Under the pieces are notes generated by a model. It worked only from the letters and a program-made list of their open reading frames with translations. It had not been told where the DNA came from and made no database searches. Below, piece after piece: positions 48,308 through 61,833 of a stretch of DNA of 64,000 nt; position 1 is the stretch's first letter; each line of letters begins with the position of its first letter. Location of the stretch: the NCBI GenBank assembly GCA_015680685.1, contig MNCI01002357.1:175926-239925 (forward strand), in the 5' to 3' direction. Source of the stretch: Gnetum montanum. Taxonomy: Eukaryota; Plantae; Gnetophyta. A program made the translations under genes and the position numbers.

Positions 48308-49429
48308 TCAAGCCTCTGAGCCTGCTTCCATGTCCATGTCCTCCTCAAACTGGGAGGGATCCTCTCCCTCATCATCATCATGAATCTAAGGGTGAAGATG
48401 TTTTTCAATGTCCACCATCGTCTTATCTAGAGTGCTAACAATAAAGCTAAGTTGCTGGAGGATTGAGAGGATCTCCTGCTGGTGGACTACACCTCATTAA
48501 GCTAGGATCAAAATTCCTTACGAAAGCCATGAAGCTCATCAGATTTAGGTGCCAAGGAAGAGCTAGGCTCTTGAGACTCTTGGATGAAGGGCCCAACCTT
48601 ATTGTAGATCATTAAGGATTGAGGGAAGACATCCTTCTCTAAAATAGAGAGATGAACTTTTGTGTCTATCTAAAGCTCTGGAACTCCACACTTCCTTAGA
48701 ATTGTTGAGATGAGAAAGGAAAAACATATCTTCAAAGTATCACCATTATAGTAGTAGGTGAGGTATCTAATGAAGAGGAAGGCAAAATTTTCCTCTTCAC
48801 CATACTTCAGTGCCTTCATCATCCAAAGTGCTAGGTTGAGTACATAAGTAGTATGGGTGGATGGTAGGATGTTAGTAACAATCATCCTTGCCATCACCCT
48901 ATGCTCTAACCTAAGGTTCAAAACATGGAGGCCCTAGTTCTGTAGTTGACCATTATCACCCTCACCAATGAACTGATGAAATAGTTCATATTTCTCCTCA
49001 ATGTTGGCCTTTGATCAGAAAATGTCATTTTCCTGGGCTAGCAGTCCAAACCACTCCTACATCTTGGCTGTCATAATGTTCACATGTGTCTTTTGAACTA
49101 AAGACACCAAGTAGCACTCTAGGGGTTAGCCTTGGAGAGGTGGCATTTGAGGTTCCTATAAAATTCTAGAACCTCCTCTTGCACATACCAGTCCAAGGAG
49201 ATTGAACAAAACCCCCACACTTCATGGCATCCATCTGTTGAAGAACCACATCATTGGTGTGGTTGAACCACTCTATAAAATCTACCTCTGCATTCCATGG
49301 AGTGATCTTTAGCCACTCACTCCTTAGCACCTACAAACAAATGAGAAATTTGAGTAAATCAAAATTGTCTACAATCCACCATGGGGTGTGAATCGGTACC
49401 TTTTCTTCGACATTACTTGATTTAGCCAT
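48308..49429 (-). pseudogene. D env-like 3' ORF (~370 codons, Athila accessory 'plant transposon protein'-like), disrupted
   Basis: MAKSSNVEEK...LEHRVMARMIVTNILPSTHTTYVLNLALWMMKALKYGEEENFAFLFIRYL..CFSFLISTILRKCGVP...DMDMEAGSEA*. Position and motif are typical of Athila extra ORFs. Confidence 0.8.
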
Positions 49430-52044
49430 CTTATGCTGCAGTTCGAAAAACCCAATTAGCTTTGTGTACGATGATTGGGGAAAAAACCCTAAAGAACACA
49501 GTAGTCCCTTATCATACATTATTAATGCTGGAAAACGAGGGTTTGATTTATGCAAAAAAATAAATAAGAAAAATTTGTACCCTTCCCCACATTGATTAGC
49601 ATTTTCTATTGTGGCTATGGTGGTTTCCTAGTCATGATAATCCTACTAGCCTTATTCATGTTATTCCCTGCTAGCATTATTCTACACTTCCGCTGCTCCC
49701 TGCTAGTCCTAATTTGTTGAATGTAGGTTTTTGACGTAGTGGGGTAGTGACTTATACTAAAAATCACCACCTCATGAGTATTTTACTATATCTTTTTTAA
49801 TTTTCCAGTTATCAATTCATATCACAATTTTGATTAGGCTTGATACATTTTATGTCAATTTTTATCAATACATCAATATAAACTGATTTAGTGGAATTGC
49901 ATATTGCAAATGTATTGGTATCCATTGAAGTTGCACTGATAAAAATTAAGGCATTCGGGAAATGGTAGGGGATATCATTGTAGATCGATTTAGGCTACAA
50001 GAATCAATATATATCAATTGATATTGCTATCATGTTGAAAAAAATTGAGGCATTTGGAAAAATCTAAAACTTATCAATACAGATCAATCCAAGCTACAAG
50101 AATCAATATGTGTATCAATTTATATAAATGCTATGCTATTCAAATGCAAAATATTCATGGAAATTTAGTCTTAATCAGGTAAACTTGTGTAACTCAATAT
50201 CCATCAATATAATAACGTCAAATATTATCAATAAGATTGAAAATCTTGTTAAAAAATTGAACTTTTATTACTATCATATTGATCTTAGTGGTTGAAATCA
50301 ACATCCCATGATTTATTACTATAGCAATCTCTCGTGATAAATAAATACTAGGATGTTTGTTGTTTATGTATAGGCATCGATACTTTGATATTATATTGAT
50401 AATTATACATCCCCTAATCGCCCCAAGTAAAGGGTATCAATATCAATCAATAGAATTGTAATTTTATTTCTACATTATTTAAATATGCTAATTCCTCCCT
50501 TTGATTAATGAATTCTTATTCTTAAATATGAGTTCACATATAACTCGGTTAGGAAGGCCCTACCTAGGATTAATTGGGCTTAATATCACTTCACAAGGTT
50601 TGCTTCATTAGGTGTAAGAATGTCTTATAAACTCAAGGTTTAACCTTTCTTATGGTTTAAAGATCTGAGATGCATTACTTACATCTAACTCATTTGCTAA
50701 CTTGCTCTTAGCTCAGCTTCCAAGTTGGTTATACCCTACCATTATATCCTTTATTAATTGGTTACCTCCCCATCTCCCTCCCTAATGAAGCTAAGGTATG
50801 TAATATACCTATGTTAATTAGCAAATATAAATTATTAAAGGGAACATGGTCAAATGATATACCAAAAGAAAAAGGTGCCCTAGGTCTTATATATCTAGAT
50901 GACTAAGAATGTACCAAAGACAATGGATGAATGAGTGTTAGTATCCATCATTGGTGATCATAGTAGGGATCTCAACCACTAACGCCTATGGAAGACATGA
51001 TGGAAAACATAAAGAAAACCCATGCACAAAAGTACCACTAGTAAGAAGAGATGACAATGCAAAAGAAAAATAGGAAGATAACTTAACAAAAATAAAAAAG
51101 AGTAATAACAAAAGTTAAAAACAAGGTAAAAACAAAAGTAAAAAAAAAAATAATCTAAGAAATAAAAAGAAAAGTAGCTAAATAACAAAGTAAGAGGAAT
51201 GATTAAAAGTGAAGGTGCCCATTAAGATACTAACTATGGAGGATTCACTCCTTCACTGCTAGTGTTATACCCTAGTTCTAAGGTAGCAACATCTTAATTT
51301 GATTGGTAATTATTGTCTAATTCTTAAACACTCTGCTTGTAGAAGGAGGTTCTTGTAGGATGCTTAAAATAATGAGCTTGGAGCATTACCCCAACTATAA
51401 GGTTCTTGTGGGAGTCAAGCTCAACTCATGATTGAAGGTTCTTTTGGGACCATTTTTTTCCTTTTGTTTTTCTTTTCTTGCTTTTTTTTCTCTTCTTTCT
51501 TTCTTTTTCTTTTTCTTTTTCTTTTCTCTTCTTCTTCTTCTTCTTGGCAAGAAATTCAATATTTGACCGACTTCAACCATGAGGTTCTTGTGGAAGCCAA
51601 AAAAACGTTTTTATAAGGATTGTTAACATAGCTTGATCTTGATAGATGCCTTTTGTTACTGAAGAAACTGGGTTCAATATAACACACCCTTTTCACCTTA
51701 GTGACTCATCCAATCAGGTATTTGATAGAAACCAAACACTAATAAGCAATACCCTAAACTAAGCTATTCAGCCACCTTGACTTATGAACACTGTCCTTAA
51801 AGACTATTGTTTAAAAATAATGAAGTTTATTATTTGTAAGACACTTATGAATCTAAGGTTCACTATTAGTTAGATTTTGGTTTTAAACCTACCTATTTCA
51901 AGGTAGTAGGATTTGTCCTCCTCCCTTTCATTCCAAACATGATGCTACCAAATTCTTTATAGTCCCAACTAATAATAGAACATCCTATTTCCCTCTACAT
52001 TTTTCAAGGAAAATTGTGTAGATTGTAAATACTTCTTTATTAGC

Positions 52045-55000
52045 TTATTCAATGACATAAGAGTCTTTTTGAGGGGTACGTTTGAGAGCTAAGACTTCTA
52101 ATGGATTGATGTCATGTAATTTATTAGTGGTGGGATAAGTTGAATTCCTTAGCTCTACCAATTCACCTTCTCCAGGTTCCTTAATGTGATGCTGATAATA
52201 TAACTTAAGCCTTTGCCCGTTGACTATGAATGTAGTTGAGGAATCATCAATAGGTGATATGCTTCCATTATCATGGGGTTGGAAAATTAAATAAGGGTCT
52301 TTCCACTTAGTTGTTAACTTCCCTGGAAATTTATGTAATCTCATATTATAGAGAAGAACTTTATCACCTAAGAAAAAGTATTTTTTAAATAAACTCTTTT
52401 CATGTAATGTTTTCATTTTTTTTTTACAATTTTTTTTATCAAGAGCATGTAGCTACATTTTGTGAAGTTCATGAAGTTGGTTGACTCTAGTAGCCTGGTT
52501 CATGTCTTCATCAAAATTGAGTTGTTGGGCTAACCACAAAGATTAATATTTAAGTTCAACAAGTAATAAACATAACTTACCATAAACCAATTAATAAGAT
52601 GAATATCCTAAACTTGGTTTATAGGTAATTTGATACACCCAACGTACATCTTGCAATTTTTTAGACCAATACTTCCCTATAGTACATATAGTTTTCATTA
52701 ATATATTCAAGATAATTCTATTAGCATTCACTACTTTGCCATTTGTTTGAGAATGATAAGCAGTAGCTATCTTATGTTGGATACCACAAGACTTAAGGAA
52801 TTTTTCCATGATTTTATTGAAAAATAGGTTTCTTGATCACTAATAATCACCCATGGAGTTCCAAAGCATGTTAAAATATTTTCTCTAAGAAATGCTACAA
52901 CTACTTGAACATCATTTGTTGGAGTGGCCTTTGCTTCTACCCATTTGGTGACATAGTCAATACAAAAAAAAAATGTATTGACATCCATTAAATGATGGAA
53001 ATGGTCCTAAAAAGTTTATGTCCCACACATCAAATGGTTTTATTATTAAAATTGGTTTTAAGGGAATTTCATATCTTTTTGTTATGGCTTTCATTCGTTG
53101 ACATTTATCACACTCTTACACATACTTTTATGCATCTTTAAAAAATTGAGGGCCAATAAAATCCACTTTGAAGGATTTTGATAGTGGTTGTTTACTATCA
53201 AAGTGGCCACCTCCTAAATCATCATGGCACATTTGTAGAATTTCTTGTTGTTCATTCTTAGCTACACATCATCTTGCTATGCTATCTTTACAGATTCGAT
53301 AGAGATACAGACTACTCTAAATGTACCTAGATATGGTGCACCGGAAAGATTTATTCTCTTCTTTCATTCAATTGATAGGGGCTTTCATAGTGACTAGATA
53401 ATTGGCTATATCAACAAACCAAGGATCCTTTCTTGTAGAAAAAAGTTGTTCATCAAGAAATTCATCATGAAAGACTCCTTGTGTTTGTTTCTCATTAGTA
53501 GTTTCTAGCCTTGAAAGATTATTTGCTACTACATTTTCCCTACCTCTTTTATCTAAAATACCTATGTCAAATTCCTAGAGTAATAAGCACCATCCCATTA
53601 TTCTTACATTTTCTATTTTTTGGTAGCTAATAAATTAATGGCTGAATGATCAATATATACTCTAGTTTTATATTCTATTAAATAATGTCTAAATTTATCT
53701 AGAGCATATACAATAGCTAATAATTCTTTTTCTATAGTGGTATAATTTACTTGGGCTTGGTCTAAGCTTTTGGATGCATAATAAATCACTCATGGTTTAT
53801 GATCAATGTATTGTCCTAAAATTTCTCCTATTGTTGTGTCACTAGCATCACACATTAGATTAAATGGATAATTCCAACTAGGTGCATTTAATCTAGGGGT
53901 TGTGGTTACTCATTTTTTCAATTCCAAGAATGCTTCTTGACAATCATTAGTCCAAACGAATGAAACATCTTTTTCTAAGAGCATGTATAATAGTTTAGCA
54001 ATTTTTGAAAAGTCTTTGATAAACCTTCTATAATACCCAGCATGTTCTAGAAAAGATTAAAGAGTCTTTAAATTTTTTGGAGTTGGAAGTGTAGATATGA
54101 CTCTTACTTTTTAATCATCCATTCTTATCTCATCTTTAGAAATAATATGTCCTAACACTACACCACTTATAACCATCAAGTGACTCTTGTCCCAACTTAA
54201 TTTTAAATTTTTATTAATACATCTATCTAAGACATGTTCACGATGTTGCAAAGTTTCATCATACGTATTCTCATAAACTGAAAAATCATTCATAAAAATT
54301 TCAACATAATCTTCTAACATATCAAAAAAAATATTAAAATCATGGTCCTTTAAAAATTAGCTAGTGCATTACAAAGGCCAAAAGGCATACATTTATAAGC
54401 AAAAGTTTCATAAGGACATGTGAAGATTATTTTATGCTGGTCTTCAGGGGCAATGGCTACTTGATCGTAACCACTAAATCCATCAAAAAAATAATAATAT
54501 TCATGTCCCTCTAGTTTTCCAAAATTTGGTCTATGTATGGCAATGGAAAATGGTATTTCTTTGTATTTTGGCCTAACCATCTATAATCTACACAAACTTT
54601 CCATTTTCCACTCTTTTTGGAACTAAAGTAATGGGGCTAACCCATTCACTATCAGCTATTGGGTAAATAATCCCTTCTTTCCAAAGTTTTGAAATTTCAT
54701 CCTTAACAATTTATTTTAAGGTTGGATTAATTCATATTGGGGGAATTCTTACTAGTTTTACATTATCCTCTAGATAGATATGATGTTGGAAAATGTTGGA
54801 TGAGATTCCTTAGTGAAGGTCCTCATAACTCCATGTAGATGCCTTAGACTTTGTATGCAAAACTTCTAATAATTTTCTTTCTTACTCATTAATTTATTAT
54901 TAAAGGTTTCCTTTGATCTAGGAAGACATACTTAAGTGTAATAGGTAGTTCTCTAAGATCAAAGGAATCTTTATTTAAAGGTTTAATTATTTCTCCAATA

Positions 55001-57432
55001 TTCCCCAAGCCCAAATTCAAAATTTGGTCAAGGAGAGCTTGTTGTTCCTTAGTTGAGGGATCTAAAGATCCTTTCTCAAAATTATTTAAAACTAAGATTT
55101 ACCTATCTTATGCCATTGCTGAAGTGGGTAAAGTGTAGAGAATTCTTACTTCCTTCAAGTCTACATTTAAACAATCTTCTTTTACCTTATCATATATATT
55201 TAATGTAAAAATAAGATTTGCAAAGGAGAGTTGAAGTTGTCTAGATTTACAATTAATTACCACATTATCTATTGCTAATAAAGGTTTACCTAATATAATA
55301 GAAAAATAATTAGGATCTTTTACTTTCAAGAAAACAAGGTCAATTGGGCATTTTCCATTTTTTAACTTAATTATCAGGTCCTCTACTATTCCTATGGGTT
55401 TTATATTTGAACCATCAGTCAATGATATTGTCATGTTTACTCTTTTAATATCCTCAATATCAAGTGACCTAGCCATTTCAAGAGGCATGATATTAATATT
55501 AGCTCCCAAATCTAGTAAGGCATTTTTAATTAATTGGCCATTTATTTTGATTAGGATGGTAGGGACTCCAAGATCTTAGTATTTTGGAATCTCATGATTT
55601 TGTATAAGTTGAGAAAGATTGTCAACCAAATAAACCCATTTAAGAATTTTTTCCTTTCTTCTTCTAGTTCATAATTCCCTTAAGTATTTGGCATAAAGAG
55701 GTATGTCTTTTAATACTTGTTGTAAAAGAATATGCAAGTACAATTCATTAAAATTTTTTTAAGGATGGGCTTTAGTTGTAAAATCCTCTTGTAATCATGT
55801 AGGAAAAGGAGGTAAAACTAGTTGCCTAATGAGTAATGGTTGTTCTTTTTCCCTAGTTGGTTGATCTTCCTCATTTACTATTAGTGGTTGAATTTCTTCT
55901 TGTGTTCCTACCTCTTGAAATCTCACTTTCTTTTGGGATTGAGGTTCAACTATTTTTTCACTCCTTGTGATGATGGAATGTCATTACTCTTTCCCCTTTC
56001 TTTGAGATGTGGGATTGGGTTCAAGTTGGGATGGTAACTCATTTTTAGTTAAGTCCTGAAAACTTCTCCTAGTCTCACTCATGAATTGTCTACTTTCTTC
56101 TATGAAGTAAGTAAGGCTTTGGGTGAGTTTATCCAAGTGTTCATTAGTTGGGTTTTTGAATGCCCTAAAATTATTTTGAGGATATTTTTGTGGGTAAAAT
56201 GATCATTGAAGAAAGTTCATTGTTGGTTGGCTCTTATATTGTTGGAAAGCCTTTACTAACTCTTACATTTTCTCTTGGGAATATAACAAAGCTAGGTAGG
56301 TTGTTTGGTCATGTTGAGAACTACCACAAATACTGCATGTTTCACTTTGAATTCCATTAGCTTGTTTCTTAATCAATCATGCTAACTCATCCACTTTTCT
56401 ATTTAACTGTTCTATTTGTTGGGTCATGCCTTGCATAATGTTGGGTTTTGGCCAACAATTACTTTGGTCCATTAATGAATCTATAATTCCCCAACCATCT
56501 TCTAGTGTTACACTTAAAATATTTACTCCACAAGCAAAGTCAAAGTTTTTCCTAAAATAAGGTAATAATCCTTCTACAAAGATTTGAATTAATTGATGAG
56601 CTAGGAATCCATGGTTTGGATTTTTTAAGGATAGTCCTTTAAATCTATCAAAGGTACTCCCATAATCCTCATCATCATGTTGCATAAATCTTTGTAGGAA
56701 AGCATTCTTAAACTCATCCCATGAACTAATTTGTGTTCTAAGGGTTTATAGCCAAAAATTAGCTTTGTCCTTTAAGGTTGATTTAATAGCTATCATCTTA
56801 GTCCTCTCCCTACTTTGATGAGCTAACATAGCTAATGTTGCTTCAAATTATCTTATTTGGGTAACTAGATCCTCATCGTTTGTCCCTTTAAAAGTAGGTA
56901 ATAGGTGAATGTTTTTAACTTCTACATCTCTTCCTTGTGGAAAGACCAATGGGCCTTGAGGTATTATGGATGCTCTTTGATTCAATAACTCTCCTAGGGT
57001 TTGTCCTAGATAAGGCTAGCCAATTGGAAAATTGGAACTCAAACTACCAAGGAAGAAAGGAATTGAACCTAAGTAAAATGGGGTAGGTGTATGATGTGAA
57101 TATGATCCCATCGTGTAAGTGGAGGTTACTATTGGGGTTACTATAGGACTTGGTATAGAAATAGAGACTAGTAATGGAGTTTGTAAATTCAAAGTACTTA
57201 TTGGTTGGATAGTTCCTCTGATTGTGGTTACATAAGTTGATATAGGGGTAGTTGATATTGTAGTAATCGAAATATCAAATAGAGGATTAATAGATATGGA
57301 AAAACCAGAACTTGATTGTATTGGTTCCTCTTGGTGTTGTTTTTTATTAACTTTTGTATGTTTGTAAAGACTAAGAGTGCTCCTCAAAGGTTGAATTTGT
57401 CTTGGCTTCTTTGGTTGCTTTGTTGGTTTCAT
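52045..57432 (-). pseudogene. D gag-pol (GAG, PROT, RT, RH, INT), disrupted
   Basis: Protease LLDLGANINIMP. RT DGFSGYDQV, MPFGLCNA, EIFMNDFSV. INT IDYVTKWVEAKAT, TAYHSQTNG, FIVNGQRLKLY. Confidence 0.92.
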
Positions 57433-57722
57433 TTAACAAGAACACACTGATTTAATAACTCCTACTATCATGCCTTTAATGGAAACTTTTTTAATAATTT
57501 CAACTAGTTGTATGATAAGATGAGATGATTCCTAGGATTTTTCCTTATTTTTAAATTTTTTTAATGCAAGAAAAATAAGTAAAAGAAACCATTTCTCGAA
57601 TTACTTAAATGAAAGAAACATAAAATAAACAAAATAAAATAAAATAAAATGTACTTGAAATATGAAATTACAAAATGAAATTAAAACATAATAAACTTTT
57701 GATGATGATTAACTCTGCTGAC

Positions 57723-57741
57723 CTCCCTAGCAATGGCACCA
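57723..57741 (-). promoter_or_regulatory. tRNA-Asp PBS of D
   Basis: Minus strand TGGTGCCATTGCTAGGGAG, decayed TGGCGCCGTTGCCGGGGA. Confidence 0.85.
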
Positions 57742-57744
57742 AAT

Positions 57745-58651
57745 TGACAAGCTAGGGAAAATTTGGTACTAAATACCTTTAAAATTTATCTTTCCTTCAT
57801 TGTAGAGATCATCACCTCATTTATGACTAATCCACAAGTTGTATCCTATAGAGGAATGGTTTCAAAGTTAAAAGATCATCAAGATAATAAATGCTTAGAA
57901 TCAAATCCAAACAAAGTCCACACTTATGATTGTCACTCATAACTAAAAACATGCATCTTCATCCTAACTTCTAATCACAAGTTTAAGAATAAATATTTAT
58001 AATTAAATCAAATTGGATTCAAAGTTACAAGCATAAATGATGATGAGAATTACAAGGAAGACTTCACCTAAATTATGATTCTGCCTTGTTGTCTTGATAA
58101 TGTAGCAACCTCAATATCTCAACAATGGACTCGAATGGTCTAGAGTTGCCACAAAGCTCAATAAATCGTCACTTAACAATTTTAAGGGTAATTGGACTTC
58201 AACTTGATTTGTTTTTACTTGGGTATTAGTTCTCTTTTTCTCTTTTTCTTCTTCATCCCCCCTCTTAATTTTAATCTAGGCATGTATTTATACTTCAAGG
58301 ATATCTAAAATGAAATATGAGATAATCGATCGTTGTCATAGGCATCAATGTCAATTGATATTTGTTTTGTTGATTTCCATCATAGCCTTGATCTCCCACA
58401 ATCATCATTGCAAGTCACTTGTCTCTATTTTGATCAATATCCAAATTTGTTCCTCCTAATCCTATATACATAAATCCATGATATTTATCATTATTTTTAT
58501 TTCTATTTGGATCGATATCTCCTATATCGATCTTTATCGCAACTTTGATTACCTGCAATAACCAAAATAAATGTCATTAGTTCATATCGCTTTAGGTAGT
58601 AAAAATCAATGATTTTCAATATGTCAAATGATAAGAAAAGTAAAATACTAT
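57745..58651 (-). repeat. D 5' LTR, cut about 40 bp from its end by E
   Basis: Matches 47104-48011; homology stops at ACTAT|TGTTG. Confidence 0.9.
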
Positions 58652-61600
58652 TGTTGATGTATAAAATTTGGATACACCAACACCCAAAAAGAAAACTTTT
58701 TTTAGGAGACTATTGCTTAGGACACCTCCTGTATGGGTACAGAATCCTAGGAATAGTCTTAGCTGGAGAGGGCTACGTGGCCTTTTGAAAACACGAAACT
58801 AAGAAAAAAGAAATTTAATTAAAATGCATTAGAATTTAAACTAAGTGACTATTTGAAACAATAGGGAACTACAAAAAATAAATTTTTCCCTAGTCCCACT
58901 ACTACCGTTGTTCATGCTATTGGTCTATTATGAACGCTGTCATAGCCAACACCACTCGTAGCCACCAGAAGAGGAAGAGAGAAGAAGCTAGATCCCATGC
59001 TATTGAGAGAGACTACTTGTTACATTAGTAGAAAAGATAGAGAACCCTACTACAGTCACTATAATTTTGTTGTTCCAATAATAGGATCACTGATGGGGGG
59101 TCATTGTTGACATGTTTGCATTAGGCCACAGTGGAGAGAGAAAGTTGCACCATGCTAAGAGGTCACTTGTCATCATCACATGTTGCTCTATGCACATGTG
59201 GTGCACTATCTATGTTTCTGCAAATAGGCAGCATCAACTACAAAGGTGAGAGCCTACCACACTAAACACCTTTGCTGACACACCTATCACCACACCTCTA
59301 CCACTATCGTTGTCACTAATGCGCACATGTGGCCGCTTTGCTAAGAAAAGGGGAAAAATAAAAAAGAAAAACCAACCACAATAGGAACTCACTGCTTCTC
59401 TGCTACCATTTTTGTTTTGCTATCACCATTAAGGAGAAAGGAGAGGCTAGCCCTGTCTTCTTACTATCACCGTCAGCCACTACACGTACCTCTTAGTGCT
59501 AACACTTTTGTTGACACTACCATCACTTTGCTAGATGTGCACCTGTAGCATAGACATGCTGATCAAGATTGGAGCTATGTGTTACAGCTTCTGTGTGCTC
59601 TCATGCTACCCAGGAATACCATCTATAGCATGCCTTTTCACTGTCAGAGAAAGAAGAGATGTCCCTCCTACTCGCTATGGTCAATTGCCATCATCGTGTG
59701 CTACCAATGACCAGGGGAGAGAGAAGGCTACCTGCTGGAGCAAGTAAAAAAAGTAAGAAAACTATCACCTGCTAGTTTCTAGCATGCTTCCCCCAAGATC
59801 TAGTGGATTTCTCTAGAGCCAAGAGACCAATGAAAGCCTATTGCTACCACCCTTAATAGCCATCCAATAATGATGCCCATGTTCTGTAATGACCACACCA
59901 TCACCCCACATCCCATGTAGTAATGTCCATGTTCTATCAATGTAACATCTACAAGCCCGTGGCCATCACCCATATTCTGTTTGCCACGTTCTGTAGGCCT
60001 GTTGTAGAAATTTCCACCACTTTCAGGCCTAACACCATGTCATGTAACTCCTGCCATTGTGTCATAAATGTTTCCACTCACTGTTACACCACCCTATGTA
60101 ACTACCAACATAACTGTAGCCACGTTCTACCTGTAATGCCTACCACAGTAATGGCCACTATGACACATGTCCACCACCACTTTCTGGGCATTATCTACTT
60201 TTGTTTTCATGCTTTCCCCAAGGCAAATGTACAACTGAAACTACGAGATATTTTTGGCATCACCTTGATTTGAAATTATACTTTGCTCTATCTTAAAGGA
60301 ATTTATGAGCCTTTAACTTTTATTGTTTTTAATGTAGTTCTACTATAGTAAGCAATCATAATCAGGATGCTTTTAATGATAAATAATAGTGTCTCTTTCA
60401 CTGAAGTGGATATGTATTTAGCTATATATTACTTAGTGGAGAAAATATTTTGTATTTTTCAAATTTGTAAAATCTAAAAAAAAAAATAAAGCCCCTGTAT
60501 GTTAGTCAGTGATAATTCTTCTAAAAAACTTCATCTCTTTATTCTCGAGACATCAATTTCTCGAATGGCTTTCATATCATGATCTTGGTAAGTGGAGTAT
60601 TCATAGAAATATAAGTGCCACTAGAAATAATAAAAATGAGTTATACAAAATTTTTCTACAATATTATAATTTTGAAGAAGTTAGAAAGGACAAATAAGAA
60701 AATGTGACACCCATCATCTAAAAGTAGTTGATCCATAAAACCTACATGTACATTCTTCTTTTAATAGGTTCTCTTTTACAACAAGGCTAGCACACTCATC
60801 ATTAATGCCAATGTGGTGCCATAGCCCTGCATTAACCTGGACTAGAAAGCCACCTCTTAAAATATATATTTATATAATTTATGCACCTCAAGTCATTGGG
60901 TTTCTTTATAACGTTTAATCTAATATTAGCCTCTTTCCTAATCAACATAATATTTCAACTTCTTGTAAAATTGTTGCTTACAATTTCAATGTCTATATTA
61001 GGTTTTTTTTTTGAGTAGATACGTTAATAATCATGGCCCCATATCTAGCATAGGTGAGGTTAACCTCAACAATTATATCCATTACTATTTATGTAAAACA
61101 TTTTACTAGGTTCAACATAGCTCAAGCAAAAATTGCTAAGGATCTCCTTTAATCTTTTGGGTTGGATGTTTAATTTGACCTATATTGTTCATGTTTATAC
61201 TTTTTCATGTCCCATATTCTTTATTTATGTACTTCCTTTTTTTATTTTATTTATAAAATAATGCCACTTACTTTTCTGATTTTTTCAATCCACTTTTGAC
61301 TCCTAGACCATGGTTTTCTCTAATATCAAATATGACATCCCTATCCTAGATGTCAATGAATTCAATCATTCATCAAAGAGAATCATCATTTGACATTGAA
61401 ATAATCCAAATCATGATTTTAAAACATGAATTTAATGGTAAGAGAATTGAATGGAAAAGAAAATAAATAGCATACTTTGTTAATGAAATTTATTTAAGTG
61501 CACTATCAAAAACTTGGGTTATCTTCCTATGACACTTAAAACCCTTAGAGGCAATCTAGCACTGCCATTATGGTTATGCCATAAGATCAGAGGGGTTATT

Positions 61601-61832
61601 AGTCCCTTCCTTTTCTACTTCATCCAAATCTTGTCACCTACCAATCTAGCTTTACAACTCCATCTTGGCATGACCTCTAAGCCCTAGCCTTAAATGTCAT
61701 AGATGAAATCCATCCCTGAGAAGTATCATGAATAGTTAAAACTTTTCGTAGTGAAGCATCCCTTCTTTTGAAGGTTAGTTACATTGTTAATAATATAATT
61801 TAATCTTTAAAAAGGGAAGGGATATTACAACA
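58652..61832 (+). mobile_element. Element E: ~3.2 kb LTR, probably Tat/Ogre-like
   Basis: Begins TGTTGATG exactly where D LTR homology stops. Candidate end GGGATATTACAACA. No coding domain; right end not confirmed by TSD or PBS. Confidence 0.55.
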
Positions 61833-61833
61833 T

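Larger units (their letters stand above)
47104..58651 (-). mobile_element. Athila family D element, near full length, with env-like ORF
   Basis: Paired LTRs (47104-48052; 57745-58651, the latter cut by E), tRNA-Asp PBS, gag-pol and a 3' extra ORF. Confidence 0.93.

Noticed and set aside
50979-51616. Phe-rich and Lys-rich ORFs
   Set aside because: They are translations of A/T-run low-complexity spacer DNA in element D.
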